From a marine bacterium B5-7 (GTDB lineage Bacteria; Pseudomonadota; Gammaproteobacteria; Arenicellales; CAJQKF01): a stretch of DNA of 64,000 nucleotides. The notes under the pieces were generated by a model that was given only the letters and a program-made list of their open reading frames with translations, was not told where the DNA came from and did not search any database. The DNA lies in assembly GCA_021604525.1 (NCBI GenBank), contig BQJD01000014.1, positions 4,256-68,255 on the forward strand, given 5' to 3'. Below, one piece after another: positions 10,516 to 21,189 of this stretch; position 1 is the first letter of the stretch, and every line of letters begins with the position of its first letter. Position numbers and translations under genes: made by a program.

Positions 10516-11931
10516 ATGTCCGAGCGCCGTGTCGAATCGCCATCAGACGATGTCGACAGACAACTGTATGCCAAACGCCAGAAAATCTATCCGCGAGAAG
10601 TTCATGGGATCTTTGCGTTGCTTAGAACATCGGCTGTTCTGTTGCTGCTTGGGTTATATTATTTTTCGCCATGGCTGTATTGGGATGGTCGTCAGGCAAT
10701 TTTGTTTGATCTACCGGAACGTAAATTCTATCTGTTCGACCTGATCATCTGGCCACAGGATTTTATCTACTTAAGCGCCTTATTGATTATCGCGGCGATG
10801 TCGTTGTTCTTTTTTACTGCGCTTGCCGGTCGATTATGGTGTGGTTATGCCTGTCCGCAAACCGTGTGGACCGAAGCATTCTTATGGATTGAACGCAAGA
10901 TCGAAGGCTCTCGTCAGAAGCAGATAAAACGCGACAAGGCACCGCTGACGCTTAACAAGTTCGTGGTCAAGGCAAGCAAGCACGCAGTGTGGATCCTGTT
11001 TTCGCTTTGGACCGGTTTTACCTTTGTCGGCTACTTCACGCCGATACTTGAACTGGCAAACAAGATTGTCCACTTCAACACTGGCCCCTGGGAAACCTTC
11101 TGGGTTTTATTCTACGGCCTTGCTACCTATGGCAACGCCGGCTGGCTACGTGAACAGGTATGTATATACATGTGTCCGTATGCGCGTTTTCAAAGTGCGA
11201 TGGTCGACGCAAATACATTGATCATTTCGTATGACAGTGTGCGTGGCGAACCACGTGGACCGCGCAAGAAAGGCATCGATCCGGCCGATGTGGAATTGGG
11301 TAGCTGTATCGACTGTACGATTTGTGTGCAAGTCTGCCCAACGGGTATCGATATACGTGATGGATTGCAGTATCAATGTATCGGTTGCGCCGCCTGTATC
11401 GATGCCTGTGACGATGTCATGGAAAAGATGAATTATCCCAAGGGGTTGATACGATACACGACGCAGAAAGCACTTGCTGGTGAAGATACCCATGTGCTGA
11501 GACCGCGAATGTTTGTTTATGCCGGCCTCATGATCGTGGTTGTTACCGCCGTACTATTCGGACTATTGACACGCGATGTGATTGGACTTGATGTTATCCG
11601 TGATCGCAATGCCTTGTATCGCGAGACCGGTGACGGTTTAATCGAGAATGTATATACCCTCAAGATAGTCAACATGGATGGGGAAGCCCACGTGTTTGAT
11701 GTCGATATCGATGGCCTCGATGGTGCGCAACTCGTTGAAGACGGCGATTCAGTTGAGGTGGAAAGTGGCCGGGTGGTTAGTTATGTTGTGAGAGTTCAAG
11801 TCGATCCGAATCGGATGACGCAACAAAGTAGCGACTTTATGTTTCGGATTCATTCACCGACTGCACCCGGTCTGGATGCCGAGGAAAATGCACGGTTCGT
11901 CGGTCCACGCTGGTTAGGCACCGGCAGTTAA
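10516..11931 (+). CDS. ccoG: cbb3 oxidase accessory 4Fe-4S ferredoxin-type membrane protein CcoG/FixG
   Basis: 471 aa with CGYACPQ, CIYMCPYARFQ and two ferredoxin motifs (CIDCTICVQVCP, CIGCAACIDAC). Confidence 0.9.
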   Translation: MSERRVESPSDDVDRQLYAKRQKIYPREVHGIFALLRTSAVLLLLGLYYFSPWLYWDGRQAILFDLPERKFYLFDLIIWPQDFIYLSALLIIAAMSLFFFTALAGRLWCGYACPQTVWTEAFLWIERKIEGSRQKQIKRDKAPLTLNKFVVKASKHAVWILFSLWTGFTFVGYFTPILELANKIVHFNTGPWETFWVLFYGLATYGNAGWLREQVCIYMCPYARFQSAMVDANTLIISYDSVRGEPRGPRKKGIDPADVELGSCIDCTICVQVCPTGIDIRDGLQYQCIGCAACIDACDDVMEKMNYPKGLIRYTTQKALAGEDTHVLRPRMFVYAGLMIVVVTAVLFGLLTRDVIGLDVIRDRNALYRETGDGLIENVYTLKIVNMDGEAHVFDVDIDGLDGAQLVEDGDSVEVESGRVVSYVVRVQVDPNRMTQQSSDFMFRIHSPTAPGLDAEENARFVGPRWLGTGS

Positions 11932-11942
11932 ATTAAACAGGT

Positions 11943-12479
11943 ATGTTTAAACAGGTATGTATTGTGAAGCCGAACAAGTCCGATAGCAGACCGTGGTATC
12001 GCGTGGGTCTCGTGTGGATGTTAATATCAATCCCGCTTACTTCAGTTGTCGTTGGAATCGTCATGCTTACCTTCGCCATCACCAGTTGGGACGGCCTCGT
12101 AGCTGACGACTATTACAAACGCGGCAAAGAGATAAACCGGGTACTGGTTCGTGATCAATACGCGACTGAACACGGACTCGTGGCGCGTCTTGACTGGTCA
12201 GTCAATGATGGTCGGCTTGACCTTAATATTGATGCAGACGATATCGAGATGCGGGATCCCGAGATCAGCCTGCAGTTTTTACACCCGACACGAAGTGGCT
12301 TTGATCATACAACGCTGATGACGCAAGGCCCCAACGGCCATTATTACGGTGTGGCGCCCCAACTGCCCAAAGGCGACTGGATTATTCAGCTTGGCACCAA
12401 TGCATGGCGGCTTAACACTCGTACCGAACTCGATAGTGCACCCCTTGTTATTCATTTTGAATCGTTGCCGGCAACATAG
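11943..12479 (+). CDS. ccoH: FixH/CcoH family protein
   Basis: Has an N-terminal TM followed by DGLVADDYYKRGKEINR, typical of FixH. It follows ccoG. The start could instead be the GTG at 11964. Confidence 0.75.
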   Translation: MFKQVCIVKPNKSDSRPWYRVGLVWMLISIPLTSVVVGIVMLTFAITSWDGLVADDYYKRGKEINRVLVRDQYATEHGLVARLDWSVNDGRLDLNIDADDIEMRDPEISLQFLHPTRSGFDHTTLMTQGPNGHYYGVAPQLPKGDWIIQLGTNAWRLNTRTELDSAPLVIHFESLPAT

Positions 12480-12646
12480 CTATAAAACTTTTATGGACCA
12501 AATAGCGAGAAAGAATTCGGCAATTTTTATCAATCTCATAAAGATGATTATTGCCGGATGGCAAAGGCGTGATTGGTGCCACTCGAAGACGGATAATTAC
12601 TCGCCTCATTCAAGCTTGACGGCGCTTTAGCGAAGGTCTGATCCAG

Positions 12647-13378
12647 ATGGGTACCGAATTCGGTTTCGCTGCGGCCTTCATGGTAGGTTTTCTGGGATCA
12701 GTCCATTGCATCGGTATGTGTGGCGGTATCGTCGGCATCCTTAGTGTCGGCGGTGCGAGAAAAGATAATCGACCCATCACGGCGAACCGTCTTGCCAACC
12801 TGCTTGCTTATAACGCAGGTCGTATTGTCAGCTATTCACTGGCCGGGCTATTGGCCGGAATTGCCGGTAACGCCGCCTATGAAGTTTTTCCTTTAAGCAG
12901 GGTCGCCGAAGTTGGCATGATGTTATCCGGTGGGTTTCTGATTTTACTGGGGTTATATCTTGCCGACTGGTGGCGTGCTCTGGGTCGCATCGAGGCGATC
13001 GGCGCGAAGCTGTGGGCAAAAATCCAGCCTCTATCGCATCGCCTGTTGCCGGTGCGCTCACCACTTGCTGCTTTCCCGTTAGGTCTGTTGTGGGGTTGGC
13101 TACCCTGTGGACTCGTTTATGCCACCCTGGTATGGGCGTTGTTTGTTGCCGACCCGTTGATGTCCATGGGGCTGATGCTGTTTTTCGGCCTTGGCACTTT
13201 ACCCATGTTGCTTGCCATGGGGACCCTTGCCGACAGGCTTTCGAGGCTTCGTAGCCATCCGTATATCCGCCGTACTGCCGGTGTCCTGATTATCGTATTC
13301 GGAGTGATGACGTTTGTTGGCCTGGTACATCCGATCCAGCCGATTAATCACCCTGTTGGACTTATGTGCAGCGCATAA
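12647..13378 (+). CDS. COG2836-type membrane protein (often annotated sulfite exporter TauE/SafE), cco-associated
   Basis: 243 aa, polytopic, with the HCIGMCGG motif. In other gammaproteobacteria this family sits next to ccoS/ccoI. Confidence 0.65.
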   Translation: MGTEFGFAAAFMVGFLGSVHCIGMCGGIVGILSVGGARKDNRPITANRLANLLAYNAGRIVSYSLAGLLAGIAGNAAYEVFPLSRVAEVGMMLSGGFLILLGLYLADWWRALGRIEAIGAKLWAKIQPLSHRLLPVRSPLAAFPLGLLWGWLPCGLVYATLVWALFVADPLMSMGLMLFFGLGTLPMLLAMGTLADRLSRLRSHPYIRRTAGVLIIVFGVMTFVGLVHPIQPINHPVGLMCSA

Positions 13379-13389
13379 ATCCTGTCATG

Positions 13390-15606
13390 CTATATCGTGC
13401 GTGATTTGCCCCGCATCCGCAGATTATCCAGCTTGCGAAGGTTCTGCTTGCGCGCCGCCTGATACCGATTGGTAGCCATCTCAACGAATTTGTCCTGACT
13501 TGATTTTTCACCTTCAGTACGAAGTGAGCGGTAGTTTCCATCCGGTTGCATCTCCCATGCGCCGTGGCGATCGTTCATGTAGGTGTTCAGAATCATTCGC
13601 AAATCCTGTTTCAGGTCCACGGATTGGACTGGCGTTAAAATCTCCACGCGACTTTCAAGATTACGCTTCATGAGATCGGCCGAACCGATGTAGTACTCCT
13701 CATTTTCGTCCCCGCCGTTTCTGAAATAATAGATACGACTATGTTCGAGAAAACGACCGACGATGCTGATCACACGAATATTCTCGGATAGTCCCTTGAT
13801 ACCCACCTTCACCCTGCAACTGTCTCGAATGATGAGATCGACGGTGACCCCCGCCATGGATGCACGATATAACTCCTTGGCGATATCGAAGTCCTCAAGC
13901 GCGTTGCACTTGAACTGGATATGCCCGGGTTCACCATTCTTGTGTAGCTTTATCTCGCGGCGAATTCTGTTGATCAGAACGCTTTTCATTATTCTCGGCG
14001 CAGGAATAATTTTTTTGTAATTGCGATTCGGTGTATATCCGGTTGTCAGGAAATTAAAGAATTCAGCAATATCACTGGCAATCTCACGATCGCAGGTTAA
14101 AAGACCCAGATCGCAATACAGTTGCGCAGTTCCTTCATGATAGTTGCCGGTGCCTATGTGTACATAGCAGCGAATACCGTTGAAATCCTGCCGCACGACC
14201 ATGATGACCTTGCTGTGGGTTTTCAGTCCTACCACGCCGTAGGTGACATGAACACCGGCTTCTTCCATGTGGCTTGCCCAGCGTACATTGGCCATCTCGT
14301 CGAACTGCGCCTTGAGTTCTACCGCGACCGCGACCTGTTTGCCATTACGTGCTGCTTCAATCAGGCAATCGACAATTTTGCTTTGATCGGCGGTGCGATA
14401 TAACGTCATCTTGATGGCGCGGACCTTGGGATCGCGACTCGCTTCCTGGAGAAAACGCAGTACCGAGGTGGCGAACGATTCATAAGGATGTTGCAGCAGA
14501 ATATCGCCGTGTTCGCGGATGATGTGAAAAATACTGCGCGTTTCAAGTAGCTTGAAATGATCAACGGGGCGGTGCGGTACATCCCGCAAGCGAGGTATCT
14601 GCAGTGTGGATAGCTCGATCAGGTCGCGCTTTGCCATGAGTCCGGTGCTATCGAGTACGTTTGTTTCTTCATTGAGACCGAGTTCCGCCGACAGCATGCC
14701 TCGGCGCGATGGATTCATGTCTTTATGGACCAGAAGCTTGACGATCGGTGCGAACTTTCTTTCGCGAAGCTCCGATACGATCATCTCTAGAAGATCGTTG
14801 GCGGAGGCTTCGTTGCGTTCGGTACTGGCGTTTCGAATAACACGGAAGACTTCACAGCGATCGATGAGCATTCCCGGAAATAGCAGGTCCAGGTTGCCGG
14901 CCATGATCTGTTCGATAGGAACAAACCGGTTGCTTTTACCAATCGGTATAAAACGTTTGGTACCGGAACCGACCGGCACCTTGACTCGGGCTAACGATGA
15001 GAACTCACTATCGGGGTGGTGCAAGGTGACCAGCAGGTTCAGCGACAAGTTTGAGATGAACGGGAACGGATGCGCCGGATCGACAGCCTGTGGTGTTATC
15101 AGAGGGAAAATATTCTCCAGGTAAAATCGTCGCAAAACATGCTGTTCGTCATGGTCCAGCGTATCGTACTGGCAAATCTGTATATCGTATTCGGGCAGGC
15201 GCTTTAACAGGGCTGTGAGACTTTCCTCGATTTCAGCTTCAAGCGTATTGATAAATCGCGAACATAATTCAATCTGTTCTTTCGGGCTGAGACCGTCAAT
15301 TGTCAGTTCGCTATATCCAGCACCCTCCTGCTGCATCAGGCCGCCTATACGCTTCATATAAAACTCGTCGAGATTGGACGAGACGATGGCGATAAATTTG
15401 AGCCGCTCCAGAAGCGGTGTGGAATCATCACGAGACATACTGAGAACCCGCTGATTGAAACGTAACCACGTAATTTCGCGATTCTGATACAAAGATGGCT
15501 TTGACAGATCCACGGGGCGTCGATTCACGGATGCCTTGCTGGCAACGCTGATGTTATCGGCAGGTATGGTCGTTACCTTGGCTTCACTCTTGGAATTCGG
15601 GGTCAT
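13390..15606 (-). CDS. ppk: Polyphosphate kinase 1
   Basis: 738 aa with PPK1-typical blocks (NRELSWLxFN-like REITWLRFNQRVL, FIAIVSSNLDEFYMKRIG, HSKVIMVVR, two PLD-like C-domains). Confidence 0.94.
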   Translation of the reverse strand: MTPNSKSEAKVTTIPADNISVASKASVNRRPVDLSKPSLYQNREITWLRFNQRVLSMSRDDSTPLLERLKFIAIVSSNLDEFYMKRIGGLMQQEGAGYSELTIDGLSPKEQIELCSRFINTLEAEIEESLTALLKRLPEYDIQICQYDTLDHDEQHVLRRFYLENIFPLITPQAVDPAHPFPFISNLSLNLLVTLHHPDSEFSSLARVKVPVGSGTKRFIPIGKSNRFVPIEQIMAGNLDLLFPGMLIDRCEVFRVIRNASTERNEASANDLLEMIVSELRERKFAPIVKLLVHKDMNPSRRGMLSAELGLNEETNVLDSTGLMAKRDLIELSTLQIPRLRDVPHRPVDHFKLLETRSIFHIIREHGDILLQHPYESFATSVLRFLQEASRDPKVRAIKMTLYRTADQSKIVDCLIEAARNGKQVAVAVELKAQFDEMANVRWASHMEEAGVHVTYGVVGLKTHSKVIMVVRQDFNGIRCYVHIGTGNYHEGTAQLYCDLGLLTCDREIASDIAEFFNFLTTGYTPNRNYKKIIPAPRIMKSVLINRIRREIKLHKNGEPGHIQFKCNALEDFDIAKELYRASMAGVTVDLIIRDSCRVKVGIKGLSENIRVISIVGRFLEHSRIYYFRNGGDENEEYYIGSADLMKRNLESRVEILTPVQSVDLKQDLRMILNTYMNDRHGAWEMQPDGNYRSLRTEGEKSSQDKFVEMATNRYQAARKQNLRKLDNLRMRGKSRTI

Positions 15607-15767
15607 GTCCTTACAAGTCCAGTTAGTTCGATAGTCATTTAGTTATGTCGTCTGATCCAGTCTCTATCCGATAAAGGTAATGCTACACCTTGAGTTATCA
15701 AGATTGTTTGACTATAGATTGCGGGTATATCTGTTACATCTTTCATTGCCAGGCGGCATGATGCGAT

Positions 15768-15781
15768 TTGACCCAGATCAA
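15768..15781. promoter_or_regulatory. Fnr/Anr box TTGACCCAGATCAA (9/10)
   Basis: Centred about 98 bp upstream of the hemN ATG. hemN is a classical Fnr/Anr target. Confidence 0.6.
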
Positions 15782-15872
15782 CAATGACTATGTATTAGTT
15801 CGGTAGGCTATGCTGACCATTGCCGTACACCTTAAAGGAGCCAAGGCGTTGCCGGATTTGCGAATTGTCAAC

Positions 15873-17258
15873 ATGGGCTTTAATCTTGAACTGATCAAAA
15901 AATACGATCACGCCGGGCCTCGATATACATCCTATCCTACCGCAAATTTGTTTTCCGACAAATTCGACCGTAGCACCTATGTACACAATGCGAGGGCGAG
16001 TAACGAACATCTCGTTCCAGGCCAGATTTCACTCTATTTCCATATACCGTTTTGTGACACGCTTTGTTTTTATTGTGCATGTAACAAAATTGTCACAAAA
16101 AACCGTTCGCGAGCGGTGGAGTATCTTGACTATCTGAAAAAGGAAATTCGACTACAGGGAGAGTTGTTCGACAGTGACAGGGAAGTCGTGCAGCTTCATT
16201 TTGGTGGCGGCACTCCCACCTTTTTAAGTAACGAGCAGATTGCCGATTTGCTCGAATACACCAGTTATCACTTCTATCTGAAACAGGATTCAAGGCGTGA
16301 GTTTTCCATCGAAATCGATCCGCGTGGTGTCGATGTCGCCCGGCTGGCCGGTCTTAGGGAACTCGGTTTTAATCGCATCAGTCTTGGTGTGCAGGACTTC
16401 GATCCAAAGGTACAACGTGCGGTTCACCGGATACAGTCACCTGAAGAAACGTTGAACCTGATAAAAGCGGCGCGACAGATGGGGTTCGTTTCCACAAATG
16501 TTGATCTGATTTATGGTCTGCCACTACAAAGCGAGAGCACGTTCAGGGAAACGGTCGAGAGGGTGCTCGAGTCAGAACCGGAGCGACTCAGTATTTTCAA
16601 CTATGCTCATCTGCCGCAGATGTTCTTTCCCCAGCAGCGCATCCGCGAGGCTGACCTGCCGCGTCCCGAAGAAAAGCTGGCAATTTTAAATTCAACCGTA
16701 TCAATACTTGGCAAGGCCGGTTACAAGTATATTGGGATGGACCATTTTGCCAAGCCCGACGATGGTCTTGCGCTCGCCCAAAAAAATGGCACTCTAAACC
16801 GCAACTTTCAGGGCTACTCGACATATGCAGACTGTGATTTGATTGCGCTTGGGGTCAGCGCGATTTCCAAGGTTGATTTGTGTTACAGCCAGAATCACAA
16901 GAAACTGGAGGATTACTACGCTGATCTCGACCATGATCGTCTGCCGATTGCGCGTGGTACCGAGATGTCGCAGGATGATCTGACCCGCCGAGCAGTAATT
17001 GAGAAACTCATTTGCTATTACACAGTAGATCTAAATACGGTGTGTCGCAGTGCCGGTGTCGACGCTAAAGAGTATTTCGGGTACGAATGGGAAGTGCTTG
17101 AGAATCTGCAATATGACGGCCTGGTCAAGCTGGACCATCGTAATCACCGTGTAGACGTGACGCCAAGCGGTCGGTTTTTGCTGCGGACTATCTGTATGAC
17201 ATTCGACCACTACTTGCGCCGGCCGGGAGCTCAGGGAACCTATTCCAAGGTAATCTGA
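15873..17258 (+). CDS. hemN: Oxygen-independent coproporphyrinogen III oxidase (radical SAM)
   Basis: Contains YDHAGPRYTSYPTA, the CDTLCFYCACN radical-SAM cluster and GGGTPTFL. The start is trimmed from 15810 to the ATG at 15873. Confidence 0.93.
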   Translation: MGFNLELIKKYDHAGPRYTSYPTANLFSDKFDRSTYVHNARASNEHLVPGQISLYFHIPFCDTLCFYCACNKIVTKNRSRAVEYLDYLKKEIRLQGELFDSDREVVQLHFGGGTPTFLSNEQIADLLEYTSYHFYLKQDSRREFSIEIDPRGVDVARLAGLRELGFNRISLGVQDFDPKVQRAVHRIQSPEETLNLIKAARQMGFVSTNVDLIYGLPLQSESTFRETVERVLESEPERLSIFNYAHLPQMFFPQQRIREADLPRPEEKLAILNSTVSILGKAGYKYIGMDHFAKPDDGLALAQKNGTLNRNFQGYSTYADCDLIALGVSAISKVDLCYSQNHKKLEDYYADLDHDRLPIARGTEMSQDDLTRRAVIEKLICYYTVDLNTVCRSAGVDAKEYFGYEWEVLENLQYDGLVKLDHRNHRVDVTPSGRFLLRTICMTFDHYLRRPGAQGTYSKVI

Positions 17259-17306
17259 AAGCCCAAAAAGGTTTTCATCCGGACCTTAGGATTGTGATTC
17301 ATGAGG

Positions 17307-18845
17307 TCAGGTCGATTCATCCATAGGCATGACTTCTATTTTGAAGCCACGGTTTGCGATCAGTTTGTTCTCTTCTCGAAATTGCTCCGCAGTCAGCGGA
17401 TGTGACTCCAGCCATTCAGGTGGAAAAAAAAGTGTCAGGAATTTACCAGATGCCTTGAGCTGCGTGTCGGGCACGCCCAATGGGCTTCGCGGCCGATGCA
17501 ACGTTGTCGCCAGCCGTAACAACATCACCAGGTTTTCGACATGCTTCAGGTTATTGTCCGGGATGGTGTTGAAAACAAGCTGGTTGAGTTTTCGGCGGTG
17601 GCCCCGAACCAGCGTCGCGATGATGGCGCGTTCGGGCAAAGAGAAACCGGTGAGATCGGTATTGGCGATGATGTAGGCGCCATGTTTATGGTACTGATGG
17701 TGTGAGATATCCATACCAATTTCATGCAGCTTTGCCGACCAGCGAAGAAGTGATCTGAATTCCGATTCGTTTATATCGAGATCACCGGCAGCTTGATCGT
17801 AGAAGGCGAGGGCGGTGTGTTCAACGCGCTCGGCATGTGCCTGATCGACATGGTAACGCATGGCCAGATCGTTAACGGATTCCTCACGAACATCCTGATG
17901 CTGCTGACGTCCGATCAGGTCATGAATGACACCCTCACGAAGGGCTGCATCGGAGACTTCCATCTTGTCGATACCAAGCAGATTAAAACAGGCGTTGAGA
18001 ACCGCAACCCCGCCGGCAAATACCGGCGCCCGTTTATCACTCAGGCCGGGCAACGATTTTGGCGAGCACTGCCCTAATTGAATCAGGCGATTGGTTAATT
18101 TATCGAGACCTTTGGCAGTAATCAGATTTTTACACCAACCGGCTTCGCGAACGGTCTTGAGAACCGCCTTGACCGAACCCGATGAACCGATGGCTGTGTC
18201 CCAACCGATTTTTTTGTAATTCTCGACAATAGGCAGAAGTTCGATACTTGCAGACAGGATGGCATCGTCCATGCGCGTACGGCTGACTTCACCGTCCTTG
18301 AAGAATCGATTCGACAACGAAACGCAGCCCATGAACAGAGATTCCATGCAAATTGGCGACTCATTACTACCAATAATCAACTCGGTGCTACCGCCGCCAA
18401 TGTCGATAATCAGATTGTTGCCAGGACCAGAGGCACGGGTGCGCGATACGCCAAGATGAATTAACCGGGCTTCTTCCTTGCCGGAAATTATTTCCACAGG
18501 CTCATCGAGCACTGCCTCTACTCGACTGACAAATTGCAGTGCGTTCTTGGCCTTTCGAAGCGTATTGGTGGCGACAATGCGAATATTGTCGTGGTCGATA
18601 TGACGCAGCCTCTGGGCGATTCGTGACAGGGCTTCGAGCGCCTCCACCATTTTCTCTTCGCTTAGACGATTATCCTCATCAAGCCCCTCTGCCAGTCGGA
18701 CATATTCGTTAAGGCGGTCGAGAGTGCGTATTTGCCCCGCTTCCTCGCGAACGATGATCAGGTGAAAGCTGTTGGAACCGAGATCCAGCGCAGCGAGATC
18801 CCGCCCACCGGATTCGACAGGTTCGGCGGGGTTACTTGATTTCAC
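17307..18845 (-). CDS. ppx: Exopolyphosphatase (Ppx/GppA family)
   Basis: 512 aa with LAALDLGSNSFHLII, IDIGGGSTELI and a C-terminal HD-like region. The GTG start overlaps the fnr stop codon by 1 nt. Confidence 0.9.
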   Translation of the reverse strand: MKSSNPAEPVESGGRDLAALDLGSNSFHLIIVREEAGQIRTLDRLNEYVRLAEGLDEDNRLSEEKMVEALEALSRIAQRLRHIDHDNIRIVATNTLRKAKNALQFVSRVEAVLDEPVEIISGKEEARLIHLGVSRTRASGPGNNLIIDIGGGSTELIIGSNESPICMESLFMGCVSLSNRFFKDGEVSRTRMDDAILSASIELLPIVENYKKIGWDTAIGSSGSVKAVLKTVREAGWCKNLITAKGLDKLTNRLIQLGQCSPKSLPGLSDKRAPVFAGGVAVLNACFNLLGIDKMEVSDAALREGVIHDLIGRQQHQDVREESVNDLAMRYHVDQAHAERVEHTALAFYDQAAGDLDINESEFRSLLRWSAKLHEIGMDISHHQYHKHGAYIIANTDLTGFSLPERAIIATLVRGHRRKLNQLVFNTIPDNNLKHVENLVMLLRLATTLHRPRSPLGVPDTQLKASGKFLTLFFPPEWLESHPLTAEQFREENKLIANRGFKIEVMPMDEST

Positions 18846-19582
18846 TACGCCGACTTAACTCCGGATTGATGGCCGATTTTGTCGGTTAATGCAGCCCTGT
18901 CAAGAATGATGACGCGGCGCCTGTTAACAGCGAGAATGCCGTTTTCCTGGAACTTTGAGATTAAACGACTGATGGTTTCTGCGGCGAGACCCAGATAGTT
19001 GGCTATATCGTGACGAGACATTGACAGATTGAATTCGGATTCGGAAAACCCCCTTGAGCCAAGTCGTGACGACAGACTGATCAGGAAGGTTGCCAGTCGG
19101 CTTTCCGCAGTGCGCCTTGCCAGCAACAGCAGCATGGACTGCTCCTGGCTGATTTCGCGACGCATTACTGTGTACACCTCACGATGCAGGCTGGGTACTT
19201 CTCTTGAAAGTTCCTCGAGATCATTCAACGGAAGCTCGCATACGCTGGAACGTTCAAGACAGACGACTGTGCAGTTGTGCACCGCGTCGACGCCATCGAA
19301 GCCAATCAGCTCGCCCGGCATGTGGAAGCCGACAATCTGTTCTTCGCCATCTTCGGTTGTGACGACTGATTTTAACGCACCGGATTTAACCGCGTAGAGG
19401 GCGCTGGCCTTCTCACCGCTGTGATACAACGTGCCACCCTTGGGCAGAGGTGGACGCTGAGCTATGATTTTCTCAAAACGCACGAGATCTTCCTGTGATA
19501 AACATCGCGGCAGGCACAGCTCTGACAGTGAACAGTTCTTGCACGATAACTTGACGCTATCCAGATTGATAAGATTTGTCAC
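18845..19582 (-). CDS. fnr: Fnr/Anr oxygen-sensing Crp-family transcription regulator
   Basis: 245 aa with an N-terminal Cys cluster (CKNCSLSELCLPRC) and a central Cys. The HTH carries the E--SR recognition motif (AAETISRL). Confidence 0.92.
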   Translation of the reverse strand: MTNLINLDSVKLSCKNCSLSELCLPRCLSQEDLVRFEKIIAQRPPLPKGGTLYHSGEKASALYAVKSGALKSVVTTEDGEEQIVGFHMPGELIGFDGVDAVHNCTVVCLERSSVCELPLNDLEELSREVPSLHREVYTVMRREISQEQSMLLLLARRTAESRLATFLISLSSRLGSRGFSESEFNLSMSRHDIANYLGLAAETISRLISKFQENGILAVNRRRVIILDRAALTDKIGHQSGVKSA

Positions 19583-19725
19583 GATAGTGAGCCTGTTTCG
19601 GGAACTTGAATTAATTCGGGTCGACGGTGTCTTGGCCAGATTACCAAATATGCCGGGACTTGATCATATTGTCTGTAAAACTCGCCAGCGGATGCACAAA
19701 ATATATCTATAGGGCCTGAAGTATA

Positions 19726-20304
19726 TTACAGCAACATCATCATGCCGCTGTCGGCGATTGGCTTGACGATCAGTTTCAGTACTAGGGTGAGCAGGATAAT
19801 CAGCACAAATGGTGAGAAATCGAGTCCGCCAACGGGCGGTAAAACACGTCTGATCGGAGCCAGCAACGGCTCGCTCAACGAATCCAGCAAACGGGTCAGA
19901 GGAGAATATCCACCTTGCTGAAACCAGCTCATGATTGCCCTTGCAAAGGTCACGAAGATAAAAATATATACAATGGTCTGCAACACGTCAGCTATGGCAA
20001 GGATCACGGCAGCGCCCATATCAAGGGGGTAGCCCTTGAGCATAGCAATCAAGGCAATTTTGATGACAGCAATAACGATTGCTAATACGACCGCAGCCAT
20101 ATCGAAACCAAAAATTCCCGGTATGAACTGCTGTAACGGTTTAAGTGGTGGATTGGTCAGAACCAGTACAAACTGCGTGAGTGGATTGTAAAAGTCCACC
20201 CGAAAGAGTTGGAACAGAAATCGTAGAATTACCACCAGCAAGTAAAAACCGACCACCGACTCGATCAGGAAAAGTCCGGCATCGCCTACATACGACTGGT
20301 TCAT
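19726..20304 (-). CDS. yggT: YggT family membrane protein
   Basis: 192 aa, duplicated YGGT-type hydrophobic repeats. ATGA overlap with the proC stop. Confidence 0.82.
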   Translation of the reverse strand: MNQSYVGDAGLFLIESVVGFYLLVVILRFLFQLFRVDFYNPLTQFVLVLTNPPLKPLQQFIPGIFGFDMAAVVLAIVIAVIKIALIAMLKGYPLDMGAAVILAIADVLQTIVYIFIFVTFARAIMSWFQQGGYSPLTRLLDSLSEPLLAPIRRVLPPVGGLDFSPFVLIILLTLVLKLIVKPIADSGMMMLL

Positions 20305-21134
20305 GAATCGTCTCCGCTATCTTTGGAAAGTTCGATGGATCTTAAACGGGCCGCATCAATCGCGTCCGTCGCCGCCGCAACGATGCCGCCGCGTTGCAAG
20401 GCTTCGACACCGCGTTCTGTAGTACCCGCAGGTGAGGTAACACGGCGACGTAACTCGCTGAGCGATACGTCGCTCTTGCCAGCAAGCTCGGCTGCACCGA
20501 GCGCCGTTTGAATACACAAATCCCGGGCGATTTTTGTATCGAGACCGTGCTTGCAGGCGGCCTCGATCAGAGATTCCATCATAAGGAAAAAATATGCCGG
20601 ACCACTACCGGACAGTGCTGTGACCACATCCAGCAAGGACTCACTATCCAGCCAGCGTGTAATACCCGTGGTCTGCAAGATGAATTCGGCACGCTCATGC
20701 TGCGTACTGCTGACATTCTCGCCGGCGAATATGGCAGTAGCGCCGCGACCGACCAGGGCCGGCGTGTTGGGCATCGCCCGGACGATGGCGCAGTGACCAC
20801 CCGACAGGGATTCAAGGCTCGCCACGGTAACACCGGCGGCAACCGACACCAGTAGCGGTCGATACTTCTCAAGTACCTCCGCTAAGGGCTGCAGGACCGA
20901 TCGCATGACCTGTGGCTTAACCGCCAAGACACAGGTTTCGCAATTTTCCACAAGTGTGTGATTATCAGCACTAGTGTTAATGCCATAGCGTGCCTTTAGT
21001 GTGTCACGGCGTGTTGCATCTGGCTCTGATACAAAAATGGTCGTGGCATCGAAGTCGGCGCGGCAAAGCCCTGCGATCAGCGCTTCGGCCATATTTCCAC
21101 CGCCGATAAATCCTGTATTTCCACTTGATTTCAT
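20301..21134 (-). CDS. proC: Pyrroline-5-carboxylate reductase
   Basis: FIGGGNMAEALI Rossmann motif and a C-terminal VTSPAGTTE motif. I trimmed the start to the ATG at 21134 because the track extension to 21245 would overlap yggS. Confidence 0.9.
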   Translation of the reverse strand: MKSSGNTGFIGGGNMAEALIAGLCRADFDATTIFVSEPDATRRDTLKARYGINTSADNHTLVENCETCVLAVKPQVMRSVLQPLAEVLEKYRPLLVSVAAGVTVASLESLSGGHCAIVRAMPNTPALVGRGATAIFAGENVSSTQHERAEFILQTTGITRWLDSESLLDVVTALSGSGPAYFFLMMESLIEAACKHGLDTKIARDLCIQTALGAAELAGKSDVSLSELRRRVTSPAGTTERGVEALQRGGIVAAATDAIDAARLRSIELSKDSGDDS

Positions 21135-21189
21135 TTTGTGATGGTGAGTTGCTGTTTCCAAATAGTACAGTTTGCCGACGTTGTTGATT

